The notes below the pieces were generated by a model. That model had not been told where the DNA came from, ran no database searches, and saw nothing but the letters and a program-made list of their open reading frames with translations. A program made the translations under genes and the position numbers. A stretch of DNA of 64,000 bases, taken from Bacteroidales bacterium (lineage in GTDB: Bacteria > Bacteroidota > Bacteroidia > Bacteroidales > UBA12077). The stretch's first letter is position 1. Each line of letters starts with the position of its first letter. This document shows positions 1 through 8,720 of the stretch, piece by piece. The DNA lies in the NCBI GenBank assembly GCA_028282785.1, contig JANQHE010000061.1, positions 195,170-259,169 of the forward strand, given 5' to 3'.

Positions 1-1634
1 ATGCACCTGAATTTTGGAAAGCGACGTTAATGCCTTTAAAAGAAGTTCACTTATATTCAAGCAATGTATTATTTGATAATTTTAACAGGGAAAAGGGCGA
101 TATTAAATATGTTCGTTCATTATCACTGATTGCAATTATTATTCTTTTAATTGCCAGCTTTAATTACATGAACCTGTCGACTGCAAGGTCGGCAAAAAGG
201 GCAAGAGAAGTAGGAATTCGTAAGACAGCCGGAGCTACAAGGAGAAAGTTAATATTCCAACATTTATCAGAAGCTATTGTACAAGTTTTTATCGCACTGG
301 TTGTATCATTGGCTATAATTGAACTTATAAATAATTACTATCAGGTTATTGGTACATCTGTATTTGTATACTTGATTAATGACCCAATAAGTATATTATA
401 TTTAGTTGCTTTGGTGTGCCTATTAGGAGCATTATCGGGTATGTACCCGGCTTTAGTATTAAGTGCTTACAAACCACAAGTTGTCCTTAAAGGAAAATTT
501 GAAACAGGCAAGAAAGGGCTTTGGCTTCGCCGTTTTTTAGTAATAATTCAGTTTATAGCAACTTTTATAATGCTTGTTGGAATATTAGTTGTTGATAGCC
601 AGTTAAGGTATACTTTTAATAAAGATAAAGGTTTTGATGATTCTCAAATAGTAAATATAAGGCTGAATAGCCGTGAAACCAGAGGGAACTTTGATGCTTT
701 AAAAACTGAATTTGAAAAGATTCCAGGTGTCAAGAATATTGCAACTTCAACTTCGATGCCAGGTTTAGGGTTTGGTAGAACAGGAGTACAACCTGAAGGT
801 TCAAGTGAGGAAGAAAATTGGATAGTTAGCATTATGTCAATGGATGAAAACTACATTCCTGTTATGGATATGAAATTATTAGAAGGTGAGAATTTTAGAA
901 AAGATATGAGTACTGAGCCTCTTCCTATTATTATAAATGAATCTTTAGCAAAAGCAGTGGGTTGGGAATCGTCTCTTAATAATAACCTGGCTTTGGGAAA
1001 CACAGAAACTCAGGTAATTGGAGTGGTTAAGGATTTCCATTTTACATCAATGAGGCATCAAATCGAACCTGTCATGATGACTTATAGGGCAGGTGTAAAT
1101 GGCATATTATCTATAAAAATCAGCGAAAAAGGAATAAGTAATACACTTGAAGAAATGAAAAAAGTATGGGATGAAATTAATACGGGAATACCCTTTGAGT
1201 ATCAATTCTATGATGAATCATTTAGGAACCTGTTTGAAAAAGAGGAAGATTTTTCCAAATTGTTTTTTAGATTTACTGTCCTTTCTGCTTTTGTAGCTAT
1301 CTTGGGCTTATTTGGGCTTGCAGCATTTTCGGCAGAACAAAGGACTAAAGAAATTGGTATTCGCAAAACATTTGGGGCAAGCTCTAAACAAATGATTATG
1401 TTGCAGTCATACGAGTATTTAAAGTTGGTATTATTAGCGATAATAATTGCATCGCCTATAGCATATTACCTCATGAAGGGTTGGTTGCAAGCATTTGTTT
1501 ACAGGATCGATTTAAGTTTTATTCCATTTGTTATTGCTTTGTTAATAGTATTTTCTGTAACTATATTAACGGTAAGTATTCAATCTTTCAAAGCTGCACA
1601 AAAGAATCCTGCAGAAACTTTGAAATACGAATAA
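1..1634 (+). CDS. FtsX/MacB-type ABC transporter permease; 5' end lies outside the window
   Basis: The frame is open from base 3, with no stop before the ATG at 30, so the gene continues upstream. The product matches the C-terminal two-thirds of the full-length paralogs at 24432..26795 and 58928..61300 (NYMNLSTARSAKRAREVGIRK vs NFMNLTTARSSNRAKEIGLRK; C-terminal KNPAETLKYE vs KNPAISLRYE). Confidence 0.85.
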   Translation, partial: APEFWKATLMPLKEVHLYSSNVLFDNFNREKGDIKYVRSLSLIAIIILLIASFNYMNLSTARSAKRAREVGIRKTAGATRRKLIFQHLSEAIVQVFIALVVSLAIIELINNYYQVIGTSVFVYLINDPISILYLVALVCLLGALSGMYPALVLSAYKPQVVLKGKFETGKKGLWLRRFLVIIQFIATFIMLVGILVVDSQLRYTFNKDKGFDDSQIVNIRLNSRETRGNFDALKTEFEKIPGVKNIATSTSMPGLGFGRTGVQPEGSSEEENWIVSIMSMDENYIPVMDMKLLEGENFRKDMSTEPLPIIINESLAKAVGWESSLNNNLALGNTETQVIGVVKDFHFTSMRHQIEPVMMTYRAGVNGILSIKISEKGISNTLEEMKKVWDEINTGIPFEYQFYDESFRNLFEKEEDFSKLFFRFTVLSAFVAILGLFGLAAFSAEQRTKEIGIRKTFGASSKQMIMLQSYEYLKLVLLAIIIASPIAYYLMKGWLQAFVYRIDLSFIPFVIALLIVFSVTILTVSIQSFKAAQKNPAETLKYE

Positions 1635-1656
1635 CGAAAGATGTAAGTTTTATATT

Positions 1657-1690
1657 ACCGGCTTATTAATCTTTGGTAAGCCGGTTTTTT
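1657..1690 (+). terminator. Rho-independent terminator
   Basis: A 9-bp stem (accggctta / taagccggt) followed by tttttt, about 20 nt after the stop codon. Confidence 0.7.
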
Positions 1691-1712
1691 ATATCTTTAA
1701 TAAAAAAATGTT

Positions 1713-2204
1713 ATGGCCGGCATATATTTCAAAGAATTGCAAAAGATTAATCTAAACCGCAAGTGGATATTTTTTATTGGGTTATACATTTTAATGTTTT
1801 GGGCCTTGGTTGAGCAGTTTTCCGAAGAATTAGATATAAGTGCTATCATATCGATCATATTTAGTTTGATTATACTTGTGGTTTTTAATGTAATTGTAAT
1901 TATCATGAAATTGGAAACATATATTGATGAAACAAAGATTTCATATCAATATAAACCATTTCATATTAAACCAAGAGAGGTTTTATGGAGTGAAGTTTCC
2001 GAATTCTATACAAGAGATTATAAACCCATAAGAGAGTATGGCGGGCATGGAATTCAAAGAAGGATAAGAAGAGGTAGGGCATTTACAATTTCGGGAAATA
2101 AAGGTTTGCAATTAATTCTTAAAGATGGGAGAAAAATTCTTTTAGGAACTAATAAACCTAAAGAACTTCAGATGGTAATAGAAAAAATAAAAAAGCAGAA
2201 CTAA
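1713..2204 (+). CDS. Hypothetical membrane protein (two N-terminal hydrophobic helices, soluble basic C-terminal domain)
   Basis: 163-aa ORF with an ATG start. Hydrophobic segments are IFFIGLYILMFWALV and IISIIFSLIILVVFNVIVII. No family recognised. Confidence 0.5.
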   Translation: MAGIYFKELQKINLNRKWIFFIGLYILMFWALVEQFSEELDISAIISIIFSLIILVVFNVIVIIMKLETYIDETKISYQYKPFHIKPREVLWSEVSEFYTRDYKPIREYGGHGIQRRIRRGRAFTISGNKGLQLILKDGRKILLGTNKPKELQMVIEKIKKQN

Positions 2205-2241
2205 CCTATCCTGCTTTTCTTAAATTCTGATTTATATTTAA

Positions 2242-2518
2242 TTAAAATAACTTATCCAATACTTCCTTCACATTTTCAAGGTCTGTATTAATATCAAATA
2301 TATGAGATGGCTTTAAATACACAATTTCATTTTCTCGTTTCAATTTTTCTTCTCCTCCACCAGTAGCTTAGCGTTATTAAATCATTTTTATTAACCTTTT
2401 TATCATTACTTGCTTTCATTAAAGTGGCTAAAGCTACAGCAGGAGCAGGGTGTATGTCGTTTTCTTCAAGTTCTTCAAATAATTTTCCTGCTTTAATTAG
2501 TTCATCGTTGTTTGCTGG
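2242..2518 (-). pseudogene. Possible gene remnant: frameshifted, with no start codon
   Basis: The minus strand reads PANNDELIKAGKLFEELEENDIHPAPAVALATLMKASNDKKVNKNDLITL. After a frame change it continues ENEIVYLKPSHIFDINTDLENVKEVLDKLF then a stop. No intact ORF appears in the track and I cannot name the family. Confidence 0.25.
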
Positions 2519-2606
2519 TTAAAAAGTTGCATTTTATTGTTAAGTATTTTGTAATATTGTGCATTAATAAATTATAGAAAAATATAATAAAGGCTAAAGA
2601 ATTGTT

Positions 2607-3578
2607 ATGTCAAAAATAGAAGCATTGAAACTGATCGGAAACACACCGATGATGCATTTAAAGACGCTTGACCCTAAACCGGGTGTAGAGATATATGCAA
2701 AGCTCGAGTTTATGAATCCTACAGGAAGTTATAAAGACCGGATTATTCAATATATGGTTCAAAAAGGTCTTGATGCAGGTAAGATCAATAAGAATACAAC
2801 ACTTGTTGAGGGAAGTTCAGGTAATACAGGAGCTTCAGTTGCTATGGTTGCTTCGAGCATGGGACTAAAATCAATTGTTTTTGTTCCGGATAAATGCAGT
2901 GATGAAAAGGTTGCTATCATTAAATCATACGGTGCAGAAGTGATCGTAAAGCCTGCTTCTGAATCATATGAAGATGCTGCAGCAAATAAAGCCAGTGAAA
3001 ATGAGAATTTTTACCATATCAACCAATATAACAGTCAGTTAAATCCTGAAGCTCATTATATGACTACAGGTAAAGAGATCTGGGATGATATGAACGGACA
3101 GATTGATGTATTTGTTGCTACAGCCTCTACAGGTGGAGCAATATCAGGGATTGGTAAACGATTAAAAGAAAATGATCCGAATATAAAAATTATCCTGGCA
3201 GATCCGGAAGGATCTGTTTATAAACCTTATTTTGACGGTAAAGAAGATTACTTGTCGTACAAGAAGCCATTTAAAGTAGAAGGAGCCGGTAAAGGTGTAC
3301 TTGTTGATGCTATGAACTTTGACATACTGAATGAAGCGATTTCATTTAATGATGAAAAAGCTATAGCTATGGTACTTCGTCTTGCTCGCGAAGAAGGCCT
3401 AATGGTAGGTGGTTCAAGTGGAGGTAATGTTTGGGCTGCTTTAGAAATTGCAAAGAAAATGGAAACTCCTGCTAAAATAGTAACTGTTATACCTGACAGC
3501 GGTTTTAAATATCTGAGCAAAATATTTAATCCCAAGTGGCTAAATGAAATTGGGCTTGGACATCTTGTGGTAGAATAA
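2607..3578 (+). CDS. PLP-dependent cysteine synthase / cystathionine beta-synthase family enzyme (copy 1 of a tandem pair)
   Basis: Carries the PLP-lysine motif NPTGSYKDR, the Asn-loop SSGNTGAS and the glycine-rich GSSGGN loop. Its 323 aa is typical of CysK/CysM-like enzymes. Confidence 0.85.
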   Translation: MSKIEALKLIGNTPMMHLKTLDPKPGVEIYAKLEFMNPTGSYKDRIIQYMVQKGLDAGKINKNTTLVEGSSGNTGASVAMVASSMGLKSIVFVPDKCSDEKVAIIKSYGAEVIVKPASESYEDAAANKASENENFYHINQYNSQLNPEAHYMTTGKEIWDDMNGQIDVFVATASTGGAISGIGKRLKENDPNIKIILADPEGSVYKPYFDGKEDYLSYKKPFKVEGAGKGVLVDAMNFDILNEAISFNDEKAIAMVLRLAREEGLMVGGSSGGNVWAALEIAKKMETPAKIVTVIPDSGFKYLSKIFNPKWLNEIGLGHLVVE

Positions 3579-3763
3579 CTACCCATAAGATAATATGCTA
3601 ATATTAATTCATATTTTTAAAATGAGCAGCTTGTTTGCCATGTCATTGGTATTTACTTGGATCTAACTAAAAACCAAGAAATCTTTTGCTGCTTAAAAAA
3701 GTTGCATTATCTTTCGAAGCATTCTTAAATTACAATAAACTTTAAAAAATATAAGGAATTATC

Positions 3764-4750
3764 ATGTCAAAAATAGAAGCATTGAAACTGATCGGAAACA
3801 CACCGATGGTACATTTAAAAACACTTGATCCTAAACCGGGTGTAGAGATATATGCAAAACTCGAGTTTATGAATCCTACAGGAAGTATAAAAGACCGAAT
3901 TATTCAATATATGGTTCAAAAAGGTCTTGATGCAGGTAAAATCAATGCTAATACAACACTTGTTGAGGGAAGTTCAGGTAATACAGCAGCTTCTGTTGCA
4001 ATGATTGCTTCGAGCATGGGGCTAAAATCAATTCTTTTTGTTCCTGATAAATGCAGTGAAGAGAAGATTGCAATAATTAAATCATATGGTGCAGAAGTGA
4101 TCGTAAAGTCTACTTCTTCTTCTGACCCTAACGATGAATATGGAGTTGCTGCCGGAATAAAAGCAAGTGAAAGTGAAGATTATTATTATATTGATCAATT
4201 TAACAGCATGTTAAATCCTGAAGCTCATTACATGACATTAGGTAAGGAAATAGTAGATGATATGAACGGAAAGATCGATGCATTTGTTGCTGCAGGATCT
4301 ACAGGGGGAACAATATCAGGTGTTGCCAAGCGCTTGAAAGAAAATGACCCAAATACAAAAATTATCCTGGCAGATCCGGAAGGGTCTATTAATAAGCCAT
4401 ATTTTGAGGGCAAAGAAGATTACATGTCATACAAGAAATCATTTGAAGTAGAAGGAGCAGGTAAAACCAAAATTGTTAAAACAATGGATTTTGACATACT
4501 GGATGAAGCAATCTCATTTAATGATGAAAATGCAATTGAAATGGTACTTCGTCTTGCACGCGATGAGGGTTTGATGGTTGGTGGTTCAGCCGGAGGTAAT
4601 GTTTGGGTTGCCTTAGAAGTTGCAAAGAGAATGGAAGCTCCTGCTAAAATTGTAACTGTTATACCTGACAGTGGATTTAAATATTTGAGCAAAATGTTTA
4701 ACTCTACATGGCTAAAAGAAAAAGGCTTTGGACACCTTATTGCTAATTAA
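3764..4750 (+). CDS. PLP-dependent cysteine synthase family enzyme (copy 2 of the tandem pair)
   Basis: Collinear with copy 1. The first ~45 nt after the ATG are identical. It has NPTGSIKDR, SSGNTAAS (G to A in the Asn-loop), and a short insertion near KSTSSSDPNDEYG. Confidence 0.85.
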   Translation: MSKIEALKLIGNTPMVHLKTLDPKPGVEIYAKLEFMNPTGSIKDRIIQYMVQKGLDAGKINANTTLVEGSSGNTAASVAMIASSMGLKSILFVPDKCSEEKIAIIKSYGAEVIVKSTSSSDPNDEYGVAAGIKASESEDYYYIDQFNSMLNPEAHYMTLGKEIVDDMNGKIDAFVAAGSTGGTISGVAKRLKENDPNTKIILADPEGSINKPYFEGKEDYMSYKKSFEVEGAGKTKIVKTMDFDILDEAISFNDENAIEMVLRLARDEGLMVGGSAGGNVWVALEVAKRMEAPAKIVTVIPDSGFKYLSKMFNSTWLKEKGFGHLIAN

Positions 4751-4869
4751 CCTGAAAATTTCAAAGAATTTTTCACCCAGGGGACTGACATTTTATAAAA
4801 CTTTACTATACAAATATTTATACTCGTTAACTAATTTGGTTTTAGAAAGACTTTATTCCAAAATTGAGT

Positions 4870-5030
4870 AATGAAAGATTTTATAAGGTCAGGATTAACC
4901 TCCAACGAGCCTGATACGACTGTTGGAGTCGTCAGGATATGACACAACCTTTGGTTGTCGTCGTTATTCATTAGGATTCAAGAATAATAAAGGTTAATTT
5001 ATAAGCACGATCATAAAACTATATAAATGA
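4870..5030 (+). ncRNA. Candidate structured RNA of unknown class upstream of a strong terminator
   Basis: Nested or alternative helices: ctccaac/gttggag, tcagg/cctga/tcagg (one cctga could pair with either tcagg) and acaacc/ggttgt. No ORF of 60 aa or more. The terminator at 5031..5064 follows. No known family recognised. Confidence 0.2.
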
Positions 5031-5064
5031 AAACACCGGGGTGTTAACTCTCGGTGTTTTTTAT
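5031..5064. terminator. Bidirectional-looking Rho-independent terminator
   Basis: An 8-bp stem (aaacaccg / cggtgttt) with a T-run on the plus side and an A-run on the 5' side. Confidence 0.65.
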
Positions 5065-5474
5065 TGACATTTTGCCAGGGCCGCAATTAATCTTTTGTGC
5101 AGATCAATTTCACAAAAGATCTGCTAACATTCGATAATTCTTTAAAATTAATTTGCTTTTTCTCTTAAATAGCGTGGATTAAAGTTGCTTCATCTTCGGA
5201 GGTAGCATCAAGTATCCAGCCTTTATCTTCGAATTGTTTACCTGTATTGATCAATTCTTATATATACTTCGTTGGTTTAAAAACTTTTGACATTTTTTTT
5301 TGTTTTGATTAAAAAACAAAGGATAAAAATATAAAAATTGTACGGTTTACTAACCTGAATAGTTCATGAATTTCTTGAGTTATTTTACTGATGTAGAAAT
5401 AACAAAAAGTTTAAAATCGTCAACTTCTTATTATCCTCAATAAGCTAAATTATTTTATCAATGTTTGATTTATT

Positions 5475-6854
5475 TTGTTTCAAACGTTTAAATACAGTTT
5501 AGAAAAAATTATATTTGAAACACTAAGAACGAATATTTATATGTTAAGAAAGGTATTTGATGCAATGCCTCTAAGCATTGTTACAGTGCATATTGTATTT
5601 ATTAAACAAGAATTCGAAAAAAAAATATATAAACCTTTAATAAAATACGCTAACAAAAGCTTCCAACTAAAATTTCAAACTTCTGATCTTGTTCATCATA
5701 AAGATGAAAATATTATCGAGCTAATTCCTGAAATAAAATTTGACTATGAAAGATTACAAAACACTTTTTTATCAAAAAAAAATTATACAACGGTTATAAA
5801 GTTATTAAAGCAAATTAAAGGTAATATTTACGAATTAACCTTCTTTAGTCATACTCCGGGAATCTTTAATATATTATTTAATGAAATAACTAAATATGAT
5901 TTATTAGTTGAAAACAACGATAAGCAAAATCAGCTTTTTGATTATTTAATTGAAAAATCTAATGACGCATTAAGAATAATTGATCTTGATTTTAATAAAG
6001 ATTTTTTTATCAATGATAATAACTCCTTAATAATAAGGAATTATTTTACAGATTTAAGTGAAATAGATAAGGCAATTATGGAAATATCCTATGAGTATGA
6101 GGATACTAAAAAAGTTTATTTGGAGGTACACGGAAAAAGAATCAGATATGCAGATGAAAAAGCATTCATGCATATAGTCAGAGATATAACAGATCGTGCG
6201 ACTCTGGAGAGAAAAATTTTGAGGAAAGTATTTGAAACGGAAGAAAAAGAACGAAGCCGGTTTGCTAAAGATTTACACGATAGTTTGGGAGCCTTACTAT
6301 CTGCCGTAAAACTAAAATTAAGTGTACTTGAAAATGAAAATATTAACAGGCAAGAGTCTTTGAAAATTGTAAAGCGTTGTAAAGATTTGATTACAACAGC
6401 AGTTCGTACTACAAGAGAAATAGCTAATAATATTAGACCTTATGAGATTGGAGATTTAGGATTAGTTGCAGCTATAAATAATCTTTGCAACCAAATTCAA
6501 ATTGATGGTAAATTAAATATAAAAGTTTTGACTGATAATCTGAGTGGGACGTTTGATCGTGAAATTGAGATAATTGTTTACAGAATAATTAATGAACTAA
6601 TTAATAATACAATTAAACATTCCGATGCCAAAAATATTTCTATAAAACTTTTTGATTTGTTTAATAAGTTGTTTTTAGTTTATACTGATGATGGGAAAGG
6701 ATTTGACATTCAGAAGGTAAATAGTAATAATATGAATGGTATGGGGCTCAAAAATATGATAAACCGTATAAAATCAATTAATGGTAAATGTGAGATTAAT
6801 AGTTCAGTAGGGTCAGGTGTTGAAGTGGTTATTGAAATAAACCTGATTAATTAA
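5475..6854 (+). CDS. Cytoplasmic sensor histidine kinase (HisKA_3 / NarX-type H-box plus HATPase_c)
   Basis: H-box FAKDLHDSLGALLSAV and ATPase boxes INELINNTIKHS, DDGKGF, GMGLKNM. No TM helices. The track start at 5475 is non-ATG; the ATG at 5541 (MLRKVFDAMPLSI) is the more likely start. Confidence 0.85.
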   Translation: MFQTFKYSLEKIIFETLRTNIYMLRKVFDAMPLSIVTVHIVFIKQEFEKKIYKPLIKYANKSFQLKFQTSDLVHHKDENIIELIPEIKFDYERLQNTFLSKKNYTTVIKLLKQIKGNIYELTFFSHTPGIFNILFNEITKYDLLVENNDKQNQLFDYLIEKSNDALRIIDLDFNKDFFINDNNSLIIRNYFTDLSEIDKAIMEISYEYEDTKKVYLEVHGKRIRYADEKAFMHIVRDITDRATLERKILRKVFETEEKERSRFAKDLHDSLGALLSAVKLKLSVLENENINRQESLKIVKRCKDLITTAVRTTREIANNIRPYEIGDLGLVAAINNLCNQIQIDGKLNIKVLTDNLSGTFDREIEIIVYRIINELINNTIKHSDAKNISIKLFDLFNKLFLVYTDDGKGFDIQKVNSNNMNGMGLKNMINRIKSINGKCEINSSVGSGVEVVIEINLIN

Positions 6855-6857
6855 AAT

Positions 6858-7508
6858 ATGAAAATTAAAGTTATTATAGCTGATGATCACCCTATTTTTA
6901 GAGAGGGGTTTAAATTAGTTATAAAATATTTAGACAATATTGAATGTGTTGGTGAGGCAACAAATGGAAAAGAGTTATTGAAAATATTAAACGAAAAAGA
7001 CACTGATATTGTTTTTTTAGATTTAAAAATGCCAATTATGGATGGATTTGAGGCTACAGAAGAAATAATCAAATTAAATTCTCACTTGAAAATAATTGTA
7101 TTAACATATTATGATAATTTAGAGTCTGTCAACAAAATGATAGATCTGGGTGTATATGGGTATATGTTAAAAGATGCTGATTATGAAAAGGTTGGTCAGG
7201 CTGTAGAGGCTGTAATGAATAATAAATATTACTTTTCGAATGAAATAATTGTAAAGCTTTCTCAAAAGTCGGTAATAGATCGGGAGGCTCAGAAAAAAAG
7301 GGAAGAACTGAAATTTATAACGGAAAAAGAAAAATTGCTCCTTAATTTACTCTGTCAAGGATTATCTGTAAAAGAAATTGCAAAGAAAATGTATGTTAGC
7401 GACAGAACGGTAGAAAAATATAAAGAAAGATTGATGCAAAAAACAAATACAAATACAACAGTTAAACTAGTTCTTTTTGCATTAAGAAATAATCTTGCAA
7501 ATCTATGA
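6858..7508 (+). CDS. NarL/LuxR-family response regulator
   Basis: Receiver domain (IIADDHP, FLDLKMP) plus a C-terminal HTH (LSVKEIAKKMYVSDRTVEKYK). It starts 4 nt after the kinase stop. Confidence 0.9.
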   Translation: MKIKVIIADDHPIFREGFKLVIKYLDNIECVGEATNGKELLKILNEKDTDIVFLDLKMPIMDGFEATEEIIKLNSHLKIIVLTYYDNLESVNKMIDLGVYGYMLKDADYEKVGQAVEAVMNNKYYFSNEIIVKLSQKSVIDREAQKKREELKFITEKEKLLLNLLCQGLSVKEIAKKMYVSDRTVEKYKERLMQKTNTNTTVKLVLFALRNNLANL

Positions 7509-7753
7509 TCAGATAGTCTTAAAAAGATATCATGTTATTTAAGGAATATTACAATAATTTCACCTAAAGCGTTGATTTTAAGAAAAAAATATACTTTACC
7601 CTTCTCTTCTTTTTCCTTTAACATCGTATAATTACGACAAAATTACCGCAAATAATGCTAATTTTTTTTAGAAAAATACCTACTCTATATTTCGTAAAAG
7701 TACCTTGTTAGAAATACGCTTGACTATAACTTTACTATGTATTTTGAAGAGTA

Positions 7754-8167
7754 TTGAAAATGATAAATATAATCATCGTTGATGATAATCCGATTTTTAG
7801 AAAAGGTATTAATGTTTTTTTGCAATCTGTGGAAGGATTTAAAGTTATTGCGGAAGCTTCAGATGGGAGCGATTTATTGAAACTCTTAGAAACCTTAACT
7901 CCTGATTTGGTTATAATCGATATTGAAATGGATGGCATGAACGGCATTGATCTCGCAAAAAAGGTTAACTATTTGTACCAGGATTTACCTTTGATTGGAC
8001 TTACCTTGTACTGGGAGTATACATTGTTTGATATTATCTCAGCCGGATATAAAGCATGTTTATATAAGCCCGACGCAACTATAAAGATTATAGATGTTAT
8101 AAACGAAGTACTAAATGGGAAATATTCTTTTCCCAAAAAACTCTTTACTAAAAAGAAACAATTCTAA
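7754..8167 (+). CDS. Stand-alone receiver (CheY-like) protein
   Basis: 137 aa consisting of a REC domain only (IIIVDDNP, VIIDIEMDGMNG), with no output domain. It sits directly upstream of the CheW and MCP genes. Confidence 0.8.
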   Translation: MKMINIIIVDDNPIFRKGINVFLQSVEGFKVIAEASDGSDLLKLLETLTPDLVIIDIEMDGMNGIDLAKKVNYLYQDLPLIGLTLYWEYTLFDIISAGYKACLYKPDATIKIIDVINEVLNGKYSFPKKLFTKKKQF

Positions 8168-8183
8168 TAAAACACAATACTTT

Positions 8184-8693
8184 ATGAATCAGATTAAAGA
8201 AATTAAAGAAAAAAGTAAAAGCTACCTTTCCTTTATGATTGGAGAGGAATTATTTGCTGCCCACGTTGGGCATGTGAATAATATAATAGAAGTCCCACGA
8301 ATAACAGAGATTCCTGATACTCCCGATTTTATAAAAGGGGCAATTGATTTAAGGGGAACAGTTTTGCCTGTGGTAGATGTTCGATTGAAATTTGGAATGG
8401 CACCAATTAAAATTACTCCACTAACTTGTGTTTTGGTATTAGAGATAAACCTTGGAGGTAATATTATATCTGTTGGTGCATTAGTTGATAATGTGCACGA
8501 AGTTCTTGAAATAAACAAGGGCCAAATACAATCTTCTCCACACATTCGAGGAATGCAGTCTGCAAATAAATTTATCGAAGGTATGGTCAAAATCAATGAA
8601 CAATTTTTGATGATTCTTAATGTAAATAAAATATTCGACTCAGAACATTTACATAAGATACAAGATCAGATTATAAGTACGCAGAAAACTTAA
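8184..8693 (+). CDS. cheW: CheW-like chemotaxis coupling protein
   Basis: CheW-domain pattern YLSFMIGEELFAAHVGHVNNIIEV...IKGAIDLRGTVLPVVDVRLKFG. The ATG at 8184 is preferred over the track start at 8115, which overlaps the upstream gene. Confidence 0.8.
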   Translation: MNQIKEIKEKSKSYLSFMIGEELFAAHVGHVNNIIEVPRITEIPDTPDFIKGAIDLRGTVLPVVDVRLKFGMAPIKITPLTCVLVLEINLGGNIISVGALVDNVHEVLEINKGQIQSSPHIRGMQSANKFIEGMVKINEQFLMILNVNKIFDSEHLHKIQDQIISTQKT

Positions 8694-8720
8694 AAATAAT
8701 ATTAATCAAAAATAAAAGTT

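Noticed and set aside
3248-4692. Antisense ORFs inside the cysteine-synthase genes (3248..3586, 4228..4413, 4420..4692). The same class of ORF occurs throughout the window, for example 8222..8596, 13671..14036, 23341..23754, 56547..56879, 57874..58299, and the many short plus-strand ORFs within 37016..45337 and 48780..53029.
   Set aside because: They lie wholly inside, and opposite to, long ORFs with clear family motifs, and they have no motifs of their own. They look like shadow ORFs, as expected in AT-rich sequence.
5162-5293. Minus-strand mini-ORF MSKVFKPTKYI-(TAA)-ELINTGKQFEDKGWILDATSEDEATLIHAI with an in-frame stop.
   Set aside because: It is too short and unrecognisable. Other genes in the window terminate normally at TAA, so stop-codon reassignment is not supported. 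It is most likely a tiny pseudogene or noise.
7640-7720. Several (A)AAA(T/G)TACC repeats upstream of the CheY-like gene that resemble NarL heptamers (TACYYMT).
   Set aside because: The spacing is irregular (about 32, 24 and 14 bp). None matches the heptamer fully. The motif is simple enough to arise by chance in AT-rich DNA.
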